Assembly (NCBI GenBank): GCA_001938485.1 | Contig: MQRK01254986.1 | Location: 1 to 56,923, forward strand | Direction of reading: 5' to 3' | Source: Girardia tigrina | Taxonomy: Eukaryota | DNA: 56,923 nucleotides | In this document: positions 41,455 to 55,968 of the stretch, one piece after another | Layout: every line of letters begins with the position of its first letter | How positions within the stretch are numbered: position 1 is the first letter of the stretch | Translations under genes and position numbers: made by a program | The notes under the pieces: model-generated | Database searches by the model: none | What the model was told of the DNA's origin: nothing | Seen by the model: the letters and a program-made list of their open reading frames with translations, nothing else

Positions 41455-41940
41455 TCGTGGCACGTTAAAACACCGAAAAAAAACGTCAAAAAAAACATCG
41501 AAAAAAACGTCGAAAAAGATTAATTAATTGTAAATAAAACCCCCAATTCCAAAATATATGTTTCTGGATTTCTATTGGCTTGGTCTATTAAAAAGAACTA
41601 TTAATTTTTCGTTAAAACAACATATTTCTTTTTTCTCCCAATGGTTTCTCCATTCGTCAACATAAGGAATTTTTGAAAACAGGATCTTACTTCAAATTTT
41701 ACTTTCTGCATAAAATTTTTAAGTTTTGGATTCAAATTACCAAATATATCTCTGAATGAATTGTGCCATCCTTCAATAACATTATTAGTTCTTGCAATCT
41801 TATTAAAAAGACGTGTTCTTGTATGCTATAAATGCAATGGAAAAGTGACCCTAGCTCAAATTTCATCAAGTTGCTTTCCCACATAATATTTGTGAAAATA
41901 TGAGTAAATTTCTGAAAGGCAATTTTGGAAAGACTCACCT
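41455..41940 (-). mobile_element. MULE 3' remnant with subterminal repeats
   Basis: Minus strand RTNNVIEGWHNSF. About 11-12-bp AAAAAAACGTCG-type repeats at 41467-41517. Confidence 0.6.
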
Positions 41941-42142
41941 GATTTTAAAAAGTTGAAGACATTTCTAATAGTTGTTTATTAATTGTTTTGAGATTAAATT
42001 TCGAAAATAATTTTCCTTTTCGGTGATCAAAATAATAATTTAAGTATATTTAGAAATTTTATTAATTTATTTATTCATTCATTCACTTAAGCTTAAGCCA
42101 ATTTAAATTTTATAATTACTTTATATCGTAAATTTTCTTCAG

Positions 42143-42368
42143 AAAATTGTATCCAAAGTAAATGAAATGGAACAACGATATCAAAAAGTGATGAACAATC
42201 TGATCATGCGATATTTGCTGCATCGTCAGAAAAAAGAAGAGAATGAAGGGGTCACAGAAGACGATCTAAACGAAATCAAGGGAGACATCAGTGCATTCAG
42301 ATTTGAACTGTTGGATATTCTAAAAAATAACGGCATGACCGTATCAGTTTCATCCGATCGGGGATTAA
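42143..42368 (+). CDS. TRPC-like channel, exon e (CIRB region / C-terminal coiled coil)
   Basis: RYQKVMNNLIMRY...GVTEDDLNEIKGDISAFRFELLDIL. TTCAG acceptor, A/GTAATC donor, phase 1. Confidence 0.93.
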
Positions 42369-43879
42369 GTAATCATTTATAATTTGGTTTTTAAACAGAA
42401 ATTATAACTGAAAAAGGATTTAATAAAACTAAATAATCTGACAGAAATTTGACATTTACTGAAGAAACAAATTATAATAACGAAATATTATTTTGAAAAA
42501 ATCTTCCCAAAATCATCTAAACACATATTTTAGGATATGCTAAATAAAAATTTATTTAGTGATATAAAACAAATATTTTTAAAATATTAAAAAAATTGTA
42601 TAGAACAATCGAGGATCTCCAGTATCAAAATGACTTGCTTATTCAATCTCAATTCTAATTCAAAATATTTTAATATATAAATACAAAAAAATCAATTGTA
42701 ATTTTAAATATTTGAATCGCATAAATTAGATCTGGTACACTTTTAAGGCCGTGTTTCACAAATGACCAACGCATTTCTTGAGTACATGTTTTCGGCTGGT
42801 AAAGAATACTTTCGAAGATCTCTTACACGGACTAAATTAAGATAATGCATTAGCAAATATTACCATTCAAATTAAAACATGTTGCCAAAGAAGAATATTT
42901 TTTTACTATTTACAATAATCACTTTTAAGAGATGTTATTAAAATTCAAGTGGCAATTAAAATAAATTATCAATCTTGATTATTTATGATTTGAAAAGCAG
43001 ATATGATTAATGTTTTGGCAGTCCCGGAGCTTTCTTGGAGAACTACCATAATGGTCTTGGTGTTAGGCCAAAGATTTTAAAATTATGAAATCTTTCGCAT
43101 TTGTTCGGTTTATTAATCAAAATTGTTGTCCACATATAAATAGTGTTTAAAAAATTCAAAAAAAAATCATTTTCAAAATTTACAATCAAAAAAATTATAT
43201 AAATCTTTAAAATCTGCTTTCAATTGATAAACCAATATCGATCTTTAAAGTCAGAATTAAGGATCAATTTTCGAAAACCAAAAAAACTATATCATCAAAA
43301 ATCCACTCTCAACATTTCACAACAAAAACTCATTATAATTGCAATTTAAAATAATGACATTAATTTTTAATTTGTAAATCATGACTCGCTCTGATTGGTT
43401 AGCTAATCAAAACGAGATAAATCGATATTCTCTCTATAGCTAACAAAACGGCAAAAAGGATATTGTGATTGCTTGTTAAAATAAATTTTCTATCGTCTCA
43501 TAAAAAATGATTGTATTAGATTGTATTTATTCGTTTCAAAGAAAAAAAGAAACAAAATCTTGAGAATGTGATCGTAAAATAAGACTCGTTTTAAGTGAGT
43601 AAATTAAATGAATCGGATTGTCCAGTAGATTGTGAAAATTCCAGTGACGATAAATCGCCAAATAATTCTGACGAGAAGGAGAATTTTCGTTTGAGAGATA
43701 GAATATGTGATATTGGTCACATGATATTGGAGCTAAGGATACTACAATATGATGGAATACAAATGATGTTAAATATTTTATCCGTCCTTCCACCCAGACA
43801 CTTTCTACCAACATACTGGCTCCGTAATCGCGCTGCACCACTTTGCAACCACAACCACACCATGACCTGTTTCTAGCGT

Positions 43880-44540
43880 ATCAACTCAATCCAGATTCTT
43901 TCTGAATCATTTGAATATTTTTATCTTTTATTTTCAATGGGTATAATCTATTCAATGGTCTCAAACATTCTTGCCCTTGCTTTAATCATACTTTTTATCA
44001 TAACATATCCAACCTATTTTCTCAAGACTCATTTTGCTTCCCTAATCATCACCTCATACACTCCTTCAAACTGAGGCATTCCCGATTGATTAAAAATCCA
44101 TTTTTATTTCCATTTTTTAAAGTGTCAATTTCTACATCACCATGGCCTTTTAAGTACCTAGAAAATTAGTCTCATTGTCAGAAATCATAATTTCTGGAAT
44201 TCCTCGTATCACCATAAATCGTGCAAAAGCTCTAGAGAAAGAGTCTGTGTTTAATCCATAAGCAACTTTCAAATGTACTGCTTTGACTTTTAAACATGTA
44301 AATAGACATAAATATCTTTTCTGTCGGATCTTCTCTCATCATTGTACCTGTCCAAATAGGACCTACATAATCCAGAGCAGTTTTCGAAAAGGCCAAAAAT
44401 GGTTTTTGGAGTCTTAAATTTGGTAATGGAGCCAGTATTTGGTTAATGCCTTTTGTAATTTCAAATTTACATTCCACATTCCTTTTCACTTTTTTTATCG
44501 TGTTTCATGTTCTGATTATCCAAAATTTAAAATTCGTCTT
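43880..44540 (-). mobile_element. BEL/Pao integrase remnant
   Basis: APLPNLRLQKPF...TALDYVGPI, plus degenerate SDN and WIFN...PQFEGVYE motifs. Confidence 0.8.
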
Positions 44541-44914
44541 TAATCTCGAAGATAATTAAGATAATTAGATATGTTGATATAAAAATCAATTACAAATTAG
44601 ATTTGTAATATAGTTCAAAATTTCGAAACAATTAATATTTAATGTAAAAATTCATATGACCATTATAACGAGTATACTCAACTCAGTTACATTTCATTTT
44701 CCATGAGAATGTAAATGTCGTCACATTCTAAGGCATATGTCGTTATTTTCCGATTGATAGTTGAATAACTCATAATATTAATAAAATTATATTAAATATC
44801 ATATAAAAGTAAGTAATTTTTATATGAAAATGCTTGTACTGCTCAATTAAAGTTTTTTTACTGATTAATTGGTTATTTATTTACTAACCCATTAATATTA
44901 AGCATTATACTAAT

Positions 44915-45324
44915 TGTGAGGAATATTTTTGAATGATGTTTATTGTGTGTTGTTTGGTATGTTGTTTTAGGAATGTGTTTTTACCACCCAGATGGAAGAT
45001 TGATATCTTAAATATTTTAAAACGTCGAGTTGTTTAATCAATTATTAAAAGTTAAATAATCACTTTAAAATTAAACTAATATTTCATAAATATTATTTTC
45101 TTAAAATAAATAAAAATTATTTTAAATTTCAAGTATAAATTATTTTTGTAATAATTAAATTGTAATTTAAATTTGTTTGAATAATAAGACATTAAAGAAT
45201 ATTATTAAAAATTATCAATCAAGAACGATGACGAGCTATGCAAGTTTTACGGAGAATTGTTCTACTGACAATTCAAATTGTGATATTAATAAATGTAAAG
45301 AAAACCCAATTAATGTTCTTAATA
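44915..45324 (+). mobile_element. solo-LTR-like family copy E (410 bp)
   Basis: TGTGAGGAATATT...AATGTTCTTAATA with perfect TSD CTAAT (44910-44914 and 45325-45329). Confidence 0.9.
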
Positions 45325-45546
45325 CTAATATATGTTAAAATGTAAAAAAGAGCTTTAGAAAGTCATTTTTAGGAAAACGTCATTGACATCATAAGCATAT
45401 TATTAAAAAAAATTCAACCTGTGATATGCTGTATCACCGGTCCTTACTTGTAGACCGCCTTTAAACGCTCAATAATGGTTATTTTATAAAAGAATACTTA
45501 TTAAATAAATCATAAACGAAAGCTTTTTAATTATAAATTATTTTAG

Positions 45547-46130
45547 GATCGAAATTGCGAAGGAAAGGTAGTAAAAAGTCTCTCAGTCGACTCAATCAGA
45601 GATTTGATGTCAGATCATCTACAAATACCATTGATCAAATTGGAAGTATAAGTGAAATAACGACTCCTCAAAAGAATAAAAAGTATTCGAATTCTAATCC
45701 ATCTATTGAAAAACAAAAATCAGTAACTAAATATACAAAAGACAAACCTAAAAAGTCGTTTTCATTGGAGGATGAACCATCCGTTTCTTTTGCCACTGAT
45801 CTCGAAATCTTTCCTTATGAACCCAGACAAAATTCTTCAAAATTATCCAAAGTTACTAACCGATTATTTTCAAAAAGGTTTACGAAAAAAAATAATCCAT
45901 CAACTACGAAAGCTATTACAAGTATTCCAATAAGCGTTCTGGAAAAGAATCAACTCAATCTGGCATATGATGAAGTTAGTTCTAAAGAAATCCCTCAGAT
46001 CATCCAGGCTCCGTCTGCCAATCCATTTACCTTAAACGTTAATTCTCCTATTCTGAACAGAATATATTTTTGCCAAGAGAACTCTGAAATGCATAGAGAT
46101 ACTCGATCAAAGAGGGTCGATCTTGTATAG
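45547..46130 (+). CDS. TRPC-like channel, probable terminal exon f (Ser/Lys-rich tail ending RVDLV*)
   Basis: TTTTAG acceptor in the phase required by exon e. 584 nt open in AT-rich DNA. No family motif, so it is assigned by phase and position. Confidence 0.78.
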
Positions 46131-46226
46131 TAAACATTTTTGAAGCATTTATAAGAAAATCTGCATTTTCAGGACAACAGTCAACCGATTTTTATTTTAC
46201 AAATTAGTTTGTATAGATATTTTACT

Positions 46227-46232
46227 AATAAA
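46227..46232 (+). promoter_or_regulatory. candidate polyadenylation signal AATAAA
   Basis: About 100 nt after the stop. Weak evidence in AT-rich DNA. Confidence 0.35.
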
Positions 46233-47240
46233 TCATGTATAAACATGTTAAATTATTTCCTTATTGTTTTATACAACATAAAAAGTGTTAAATTTCATAT
46301 CCAAAAATCTTCTACTTATTAAAATGAGTAATAATAAAACAAGATAGAAATAATAAATCATTCTGATGAGATTATAATGAAAAACACTTTTGTATTCCTT
46401 ATTGCTTAAAGAACGTAAACGAGGGACTTAATGAGTTCCTTGATGTATTAAACCTTTCGAGACGGATTTTTTTTCTAGGAAGTACGAATACGCTCTTTGT
46501 ACTTGTAACATTTTTGTCTATAGTACCTAATCTACTTGCACATATGTATCGAGAGTCTCAAAAGGGTTAAAGACTGTCCACATTCTCTTGAATGGTGGAA
46601 AAGCAAGTTAGTTATTCAGTCTCCGCGTTGATTATATTTTTTGTGATAATTCATAAAAATTAAAATAGATGAAGAGTTAAATCCATAAAGTTTTTACTTA
46701 ACAATTTTTCGCTGTTAAGAGAACTCACACATGACAATTTAAAAAACTAATTAGAATAATAATTAAATATTTTAAATTTGAAATTTAAAATTATCTTTAT
46801 AAATTCATTTGATTTAAAATATTATTTTAATAGAAAAAATAGTTTATCAAAGCAGATAACAGATAAAACATTATTTTTAAAAAATAATAATTTTATTTGA
46901 ATTTTATTAAAAAATTTTAACAATATTTGTAAAAATTTATTTTTCAAATTTTAAATTCAATTAAGGATATGATTAAAAAATTAAATATTTAAAATATAAA
47001 ATTTTGAATATTAAATATAACGTATTGTCAAAAATTTCAAAAATAATAAAAATAAATTATAAAATTTTTTTTTAACACAAAATTTAAAAACAGTATGTAA
47101 TATTTCATTTAAGAAAAAAAAATTGAAAAACATTATAAAAGGATTAAAATAAACAACAAATTTAAAAAATTAAATATACGTAAAAAATAATTTTTATAAA
47201 TATTTTTATTAAAATTTTAAAATTTAAAAATTAAATATTA

Positions 47241-49481
47241 CAGTAACTTCCGGATATAATAAAACGCCTTTTGCCAGAAAATTTTTTTATTATAACCGGA
47301 TTTTTTTATAGCCGATTTTTCAAAAATTAAACGCAATACATAGGCACTGTTAATATTTANNNNNNNNNNNNNNNNNNNNNNNNNNNNNNNNNNNNNNNNN
47401 NNNNNNNNNNNNNNNNNNNNNNNNNNNNNNNNNNNNNNNNNNNNNNNNNNNNNNNNNNNNNNNNNNNNNNNNNNNNNNNNNNNNNNNNNNNNNNNNNNNN
47501 NNNNNNNNNNNNNNNNNNNNNNNNNNNNNNNATTATTTTTTATTAATAACATAATATAACATTCAGTATGAGACAACAACAATACATCATTCAGTAATCA
47601 GTTGCGTGTAAATAAATTATCAAGAGTGGTTTGTGTTTTGCTGTTGAATGATGTGTTAGTTACAGAGAATTGCAAACTGTCTAAATTACGAAAATCATCA
47701 GCAGAAGAAGAATGTTTCAAAAGATAGAGGCGAATTTTATGTAGCATTTGAAGTGTTTCAGCATGTGATGGAATTTGTTCATCAACATNNNNNNNNNNNN
47801 NNNNNNNNNNNNNNNNNNNNNNNNNNNNNNNNNNNNNNNNNNNNNNNNNNNNNNNNNNNNNNNNNNNNNNNNNNNNNNNNNNNNNNNNNNNNNNNNNNNN
47901 NNNNNNNNNNNNNNNNNNNNNNNNNNNNNNNNNNNNNNNNNNNNNNNNNNNNNNNNNNNNNNNNNNNNNNNNNNNNNNNNNNNNTGCAGAATCATCGGAG
48001 GAAGTTGAGAGAAGAGAGGCCGAGTCATCACGAAAGCCAGCAGAACGGAAACAGTTGATGATCGTTTCGACTTGAACTCGATGCCATGCAGTTTTCAGCC
48101 AATGCAGTGCTCTCATGAGATCTGGTTGGAAGGGTTGTTTGGCATCATGAGCAATGAGCATCTCAGTCATCAGCTGCTTGCGGTAATGTGACTTCAATGA
48201 CCAAATAATTCCACAATCCATTGGTTGNNNNNNNNNNNNNNNNNNNNNNNNNNNNNNNNNNNNNNNNNNNNNNNNNNNNNNNNNNNNNNNNNNNNNNNNN
48301 NNNNNNNNNNNNNNNNNNNNNNNNNNNNNNNNNNNNNNNNNNNNNNNNNNNNNNNNNNNNNNNNNNNNNNNNNNNNNNNNNNNNNNNNNNNNNNNNNNNN
48401 NNNNNNNNNNNNNNNNNNNNNNNNNNNNNNNNNNNNNNNNNNNNNNNNNNNNNNNNNNNNNNNNNNNNNNNNNNNNNNNNNNNNNNNNNNNNNNNNNNNN
48501 NNNNNNNNNNNNNNNNNNNNNNNNNNNNNNNNNNNNNNNNNNNNNNNNNNNNNNNNNNNNNNNNNNNNNNNNNNNNNNNNNNNNNNNNNNNNNNNNNNNN
48601 NNNNNNNNNNNNNNNNNNNNNNNNNNNNNNNNNNNNNNNNNNNNNNNNNNNNNNNNNNNNNNNNNNNNNNNNNNNNNNNNNNNNNNNNNNNNNNNNNNNN
48701 NNNNNNNNNNNNNNNNNNNNNNNNNNNNNNNNNNNNNNNNNNNNNNNNNNNNNNNNNNNNNNNNNNNNNNNNNNNNNNNNNNNNNNNNNNNNNNNNNNNN
48801 NNNNNNNNNNNNNNNNNNNNNNNNNNNNNNNNNNNNNNNNNNNNNNNNNNNNNNNNNNNNNNNNNNNNNNNNNNNNNNNNNNNNNNNNNNNNNNNNNNNN
48901 NNNNNNNNNNNNNNNNNNNNNNNNNNNNNNNNNNNNNNNNNNNNNNNNNNNNNNNNNNNNNNNNNNNNNNNNNNNNNNNNNNNNNNNNNNNNNNNNNNNN
49001 NNNNNNNNNNNNNNNNNNNNNNNNNNNNNNNNNNNNNNNNNNNNNNNNNNGCCATAGTGTCAGGAAAAAAATCCAAACTAAAATAAACTATGTTAACCTT
49101 TATTAATTGCTTGGTTAAAGGTTAATACACTGAAGTAGGTGTGTTAACGCTCCTCTATTTATACCTTTTAGAGGCTATTACTCATTGCTGAGTAATTATT
49201 ACTAATGAACAACTAATAACAATTTATTAAGAAATATGTTATTAGTAATTTATTAATGCCATGCAGACAATAAATTTTTATTATAGCCGACTGCGTTTTT
49301 CTTTACTTTTGCTTCAGATGACTGAAAAAAATTTTATTATAACCGATTTTTATTAAAGCCGATTTTATAATAACCGATAAAAAATACATACATTTCTGCA
49401 GGCAGATGCTATTGCCACAAAATTATTTTACTATACCCGATTTTTTATTGTATCCGACTTTACTATATCCGGAAGATACTG
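47241..49481 (-). mobile_element. Tigger/pogo transposon, mostly within N gaps
   Basis: TIRs CAGTA(A/T)CTTCCGGATATA with TA flanks. QPMDCGIIWSLKSHYRK...AWHRV...IINCFRSAGF. Subterminal TTTATTATAACCG repeats. Confidence 0.9.
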
Positions 49482-49890
49482 TATTTTGATTTGATTGCAA
49501 TTTTAAATAAATGACAAATTATTTGAAGATAGAGGTCGGTGGATTTATCAAAAATTTTGAAAATAGTTGGAAGTTTTGTTTGAAAATTGTTTATAATAAA
49601 TGTATAAATTGAGTAAAAAATGATTTCTGAAATTGATGTTGCAAACACTTCTGACATTGGTTATAAAGTTTTTTAAAATACAATTTGGAACATCCTTCGA
49701 ACAATCTATTGTAGAGCTTTCATTCATAAACATCGCTTTAGAATGAAATTGAAAAAAGTTTTCAAATTCTTTTTATTTGATCAAATATGAACGATATTTT
49801 TTAATTTTAATTTCATAATAAATTTCATATAAAACCCTACCTTTTGGTTTTTTTCCACAAGGTAGGTAAAAAAATCACCAGGTTTTTTAT

Positions 49891-50183
49891 TGTTGTAACC
49901 AAGATAATATTGTTTGTTATGGTCCTTTTTGATAATAATTGGTCGTAAAACCCGCTGTTTCCGCTGTCTAATTCAATCATTGCTGTACCATAAGCCGTTG
50001 ATAGTAAAAACACGTCTCCTTTGTCTCTCCACCTTAGTTAGCTATTTTAAAATTTTTATTTCAAATTTTCGATTTCGAATTCAATGCAAAAACCAAAACT
50101 CAATTCACCTTTTAAAAATTTTTTTATTATTTCAATTACAAATTATTACAATTGATGCAGTAAAACAATACTGCAAGTTTTTT

Positions 50184-50219
<36 letters not shown>

Positions 50220-52790
50220 GAAAAATTTAGACTTTATTCAATAATAAGTTTAATTTTTTATGATTCATCAAATTTCAAAATAAAATGTCAGATAATCATA
50301 AAAACTGAAATGTTTATAATTAATTGATTCATTAATTTGAATCTTCCATTTCTCCCCCGTTTGAAGCAATTAATTATCATAATTGTCATGACTCTGTTGA
50401 CCTTCTAATCTGGAAATCTCTTCATCGCGTTCGTTAAAATTTTTTTCAGGAACATTGTCGTTCTGATGATCAATTTTACATATTTGCTCGTCTTTTCAGT
50501 ATCCCATCAATTTCAATATCTACCACTTTACATCTGTTATCAGGTCCCAGAATCAACTTCTTTACTACTCCAACAATCTTGGCCATCTTTTATTATTATC
50601 ACCCGATTCTAAAAACCATACCAAATCTTCCTTTTTCAGATCTCGGTTTTCTTTTAACAATTTACTTCTGTTCCTCCATTCGATAATTAATTCCCTTTTC
50701 CATCTGTTCCAAAATTGAATAGATTCTGTTCTAAAATTGTTAGATTCTGCACGTGCTTCCATCTGGAGTTTATATTTCCTTTTTCTGATCCTGACATCAT
50801 AGAATTACATTCTTCTTGATAACCAGCAATGATAAAATGATTTGGCATAAGTATCGGATTGTCTCTAAGATCTTCCATGGATCTCGTCAACGGTCTAGAA
50901 TTAACGATCCCCTCTATTTCTATTAAGATTGTTTCCAATTCCTCATGAGTAACTTCAACCGTACCGAGTATGGTGTATAGCGCGTTTTTGATTGTTTTCA
51001 CCATAGACTCAAAAATTCCTCCGAAATGAGGCGCCCTTGGAGGATTAAAGATCCATATAATTTCTCCATCATTTTATACCTTTAAGGCCTTGTAAGTATC
51101 TTGTTTATTTTCTACAATTTCGCCATTTATCCCTCGGAAGTTTCCTCAGTTATCCGAAATTGTCATCGATGGTCTTCCTCTTTTGGCAATAAATCTTATA
51201 AGATCATCATTTTCCAGCTTTATTGTTATCTCCAAATGTACCGTTCTACATTGAAGGCAAATAATTAAACAAATATATCTCTTCTCCTTCGCTTTTCTCT
51301 GTCCTTGTTTCGTAAGGATCGGACCAGCGAAATCAATTCCGATCTTATCGAACGCTTTTAACGGTTCTCGAAGACGAAACTCTGGAATTTCTTCCATTTG
51401 TTGGCAAATTCCTTTCGCATTTCTTCTTGAACAAACTTTACAATTTCTTTGGTAAGTTTTTTATAATTTTTCGCATTTTTGGGAACCAAAATCTTTCGGA
51501 AAATTTACAATACTGTTTATTAACAACATCACAATTTGAATGCAAACATTTATTTACAACACAAACAGATTCTTCACAACAATTTTCAGTGGTCATCTTT
51601 CTTTGATTAATATAGTTTTTGATTAAATATTTAAATNNNNNNNNNNNNNNNNNNNNGGGAAATATTAATATTACATTTTAATTTCTCATAATTTTTATTG
51701 GATAAAAATACATTATGTAATTTTTAAAATAAACATTAATTTTTAAAAATATTAAATTTAACAAGTTAAAATCGTTTACTGAAAATATTATTAAAATTCA
51801 TAATTATCAAACTTTAATTAATGAGTACTTTAATTTAATATCATTAAATTAATATCATTAGATTCAAATAATCAATAAAATAACATATCAATCCCATCTG
51901 AGTAGGAGAGTCACAAATCTAAACAGCATAAAAACAACAAACTTACAACATTCACAATTATCCCTCACACTGTTGATTAACGCCAGCACAGTGAAGATAC
52001 TCTTGATGAACATGTTCCACTATCAATTTTGTTATTGGACTTTTATTAGACAGCATTATCGGATATCATAAATTCCAAAGAAGGTACTCAGATTTTACCT
52101 TCTTTGGAATTTAAAAAAGATAGGATTTGCTTTTAATATTGAATCCTTTGCTTTAAGTGTTTTTCCTGTATTAATTAATTGTATTTGCTATTTACACCTT
52201 TCCTATTGATCTTCCTTTATTATTTCTTTTTCTGCTAATTAAAACTCACTTTCTTTATCATCATTTTCAGCTTCCTCAACTCTATCTATCATATGTGTCT
52301 CGGATATTCTTTTCAAGACCAATTTTCTCCATTTCGAATGATGATTATTAGCCACGGAATTCTCGGAATCATTTTTCTCACCAATATGCACTGTGTTCAA
52401 GACAACACCTTTTTTCTCTAACCACACTTCCGTTTTTAACTCTTTTGGTCTTTCTGGTCAATTTTCTTCCAGAAGTTGAAGGAATTTCGGGTCATTCCAC
52501 TATTTGTGTATTTCTGAAATTTGTGTCACTGAGCACCCTCTAAAAAGAATATCAGCCGGATTTTCCATTGATGGCACGTATCTCCATTGATTTCCTCTTG
52601 TAAATTCCTGAATATAACCAATTCGATTAGCAATAAATGTACTAAACTTTTTCTCGTATCTTGTCACCCAATACATAAATCCATGATGTCAGTCCAAAAA
52701 AGGATTTCATCCATGGTTATACCCAAGGCGCTGACTAATTTTATCGCCAACTTATTTCTTATAAAAATTGGAAAACATGAACTTTTATTA
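49891..52790 (-). mobile_element. BEL/Pao element 3' part (RNase H end, integrase, PPT, probable 3' LTR about 49891-50348)
   Basis: FWTD, WRYVPSMENPAD, IGIDFAGPI, ISDN, WIFNPPRAPHFGGIFE, NSRPL. Polypurine tract GGGGGAGAAA followed by TG near 50348. Confidence 0.88.
51518..51969 (-). mobile_element. solo-LTR-like family copy F (about 450 bp, small N gap), nested in the BEL integrase
   Basis: Minus strand TGTGAGGG...GTTGTTAATA with perfect TSD CTGTT (51513-51517 and 51970-51974). Confidence 0.9.
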
Positions 52791-53059
52791 TAAACATTTG
52801 GAAAACACATCAACTTTTTCTTCAAAATTGGACAAACTAACTTTTCTTTGACAAATGAATTGATAAAAAAATTAATAAAAATTAAAAACACGATTTTGAA
52901 TATTTTTATTTTAGACGGTGTCGACTCTTATTTTTAAATTTAAATGAACTACTTTTTTATTTTAGATAATTTTTACTTAATTTTATTATTGTTGTTTAAG
53001 TGAAAACTTTTCGGTAACATTTTAAATTAATTTAATTTAACTATTAAGCTAAATTATTT

Positions 53060-54440
53060 TTCAAGAATTGACCAGATTTTATCCAAACGAGGGAAAAGAA
53101 TGTACGCACATGAAGGGTATTTGTACTCTTTCGCAAAGTACGTTGCCGACAACAGTCAAATTTCTTGGCGTTGCAATGAAATGATCTCCGGCAAGCACTG
53201 TAAGGGCAGAATTCGAACAAAGCTAGAAAATGGTGAGTTTTTAACCATTGTAACAGTCCATTGCCACGGCTCTAGTGCAGCAAACGTAGAAGTAGCTCGA
53301 CGAATTACAAAAATTAAAGAACGTGCTGTTGCAACTCAAGAAATTCCATCCAAAATTATTAATGAATGTTCACAAAACATTCCACTGTCAGTACAAAAGA
53401 TTTTTCCAAGACAATGTAATCCGCTAAGTGATCCAGCGCACCAGAAATACCTATAACGCGGTTACGGTTCAGTCGATTAATAGAGAATCCATTGAATTAC
53501 CTGAATCGTTTACTCTTTATGAGAAGTTTCCGAACCATTTTGAGAAATTCTTGTTGGCTGACTCTGGGTTAGGAGACCATGATAGATTTTTAATTTTCGG
53601 ACGTGAAAGCATTGAACTTTGGTTAGATCGTGTTCGAAAAATCTATGTTGACGGAACTTTTAGCTTGACGCCACATATTTTTTCTCAAATGTTTGTTATT
53701 TTAGCTGAACGTGGAGAGTTTGTTTTATCTATTATGTATGCTCTTTTGTCAAACAAACTACTGAAATGTGTGGTCGAATGATGCAATTAATTTGCAGGAG
53801 ATTTCCACATTTTAATCCTGAGATTATTTCAACGGATTTTGATCTCGCTGTCATGCGTGCCTTTTCTACCAAATTTCCCCTACCTGTGTTCATGGCTGTC
53901 TTTTTCATTTAATTAAAAATATAAAACGAAAAGTGTCTGAAGAAGATCTAATGATAAATTATAACAGTGACCCAGACTTTGCACTTTATGTGTGCCTAAT
54001 CGGCGCAATTGCACTTGCACTCCTTGATAATATTGAGGTTGCAATCGATTGTTTATCAGACCTAGAAACGTTTCCCGAGAGTTTACTTCCTATCTTGAAC
54101 TATTTCGAAGATATTTATGCTGGAAGAATGCAGAGAAACAACCACCGCAGGCCTCCGATATTCATTCCAGATATGTGGTCCGTCTATCATCGAAGACTTG
54201 ATGGTGAGGCACGAACAAACAATTTTGCAGAAGCCTCTCATCGACATTTTCAAGCTGAATTCGGGGTAGACCATCCAATTTTATGGAAATTTAAATCAGT
54301 TTATTGCAAGAAAAAAATGTTACATATAAATTTACAACATCGTATTCGCAACAATTGCATCCGATCGATGAGTTTTTTAGGTTTTTTAAAGCAAACTTAC
54401 CGCTTTCGTGTCAGTACAAATAACAAGAGCACAAATTAAA
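53060..54440 (+). mobile_element. MULE transposase pseudogene (FLYWCH plus MULE DDE)
   Basis: GYLY...WRC...CKGRI...HCH, YVDGTF, STDFD, GCLFHL, RTNNFAEASHRHF. Frameshifted. Confidence 0.88.
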
Positions 54441-54797
54441 GAAAAAATAATTGAAATTTTGGAGGCACAAAATGTTGATTTTAAAGGTTGATACAGAAAA
54501 ATGAGGAGACATATTCAATTAGCACTTATTAGATATGATTTTATTTAGTTAAACTTAAATATTTTTATTTTTTATGTATTGTAATAAATATATTTGTCTT
54601 CTGTTTTCCAATTATTTAATTATTTATAATTTTAAATATATTAATGAATAATTTAAAATATATTAATGCATAACCTTACATTACATTTATTGCTATATAC
54701 ATTCCATTAAATTTACACTAAAATTTCAATACAACGATATGTTATTTCCAGTCTTTGTGGCCATTTTAAGTAAGGTTATATATTAAGGATATATATA

Positions 54798-55443
54798 CTG
54801 TCGTTCTCATTTAATACCGTGATATTGTCATTAATTAGCAAGTTATATAATAAAGCTTACCTAAAAATAGACTGACCTAATTCCAATTGGATAAAATCAC
54901 AAAGATTTGCATTGAATAGCCATCGTTGCTTTCATTTGCAAATTTTATATAAGGACACANNNNNNNNNNNNNNNNNNNNNNNNNNNNNNNNNNNNNNNNN
55001 NNNNNNNNNNNNNNNNNNNNNNNNNNNNNNNNNNNNNNNNNNNNNNNNNNNNNNNNNNNNNNNNNCATTAATTAGCAAAAATTTTTATTGATTCAAAAAG
55101 ACAATAAATTAAAAATGGAGTATATTTTATCAGATATTTCTGAACCGGAGCACCCGGTTATACAAACAGAGAGAAGGTATAATCCATTTTTAAATAAATT
55201 TCTAAAAAATTTTTTCTAGTGATTCGGAGACATCTGGAAGCACCCTTCCATTCAAACAGATAGACATTTTTGGAGATTGATGTGTTATTTTTGTAATTCA
55301 TTTCTGTACTTAAATATAATATTAACATAAATATTAACATAAAAATGAAAAATTAGTAAATTAAAAATAAGTACCTACAATCAAATAACAAAGAAAATTT
55401 TGCTAATTAATGACACTATCACGCTATTAAATGAGAACGACAG
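54798..55443. mobile_element. TA-targeting MITE with about 44-bp TIRs
   Basis: CTGTCGTTCTCATTTAATACCGTGATATTGTCATTAATTAGCAA and its near-perfect inverse, TA on both sides. Confidence 0.88.
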
Positions 55444-55968
55444 TAATAATTTAATATTAACAACATCAATAAAAAATCAATGTCTTTATATAACGACAGA
55501 ATTAAATAATAAAGCAACAATTTCAAATTATCGAACGTTATAAATGAATTGTTAGATGCTTGAAGCTTTGTTGTAAATCATAATAAACGTTTGAAAACGT
55601 TCTACAAATCTGCATAAACATTTGAAATTCTTTCCACAAATTGTAATAAACTTTTTCAGTCTTCAATCAACTAGAACTATTAGTTAAAATCATATCACAG
55701 ACTGTCGGTATACCAATTCTATATCGAACAAACTAAAATCTAAGTCAGTGAATTTCGAGCAATTAAAAAGATGGGATGTGACGAAGAGAATAATTGACTT
55801 AAGTAAACTTGAATTAATTGTCCGTGCATTGAGTGGCAGTGTTTAGTTGAAGAGAAATTAGTGCGAAATTAGAACTGAAATTGTGAGTGGAACAAAATAT
55901 ATCTTTGACACAATATATCTTTGTTGTTATTAATTATCTATCAGTTACAAACTATCACAGCTATTGTC

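Noticed and set aside
42740-43876. Possible Kolobok/Mutator-like element (TTAA then GGCC start; RICDIGHMILELRIL fragment)
   Set aside because: No matching right TIR found and the motif is too short to call.
46363-46395. CTGATGA...GAAA hammerhead-like core
   Set aside because: No convincing stem I or III and no closing pair for stem II.
47238-49106. Long ORFs made mostly of X
   Set aside because: They run through N gaps. Only the minus-strand Tigger fragments are informative.
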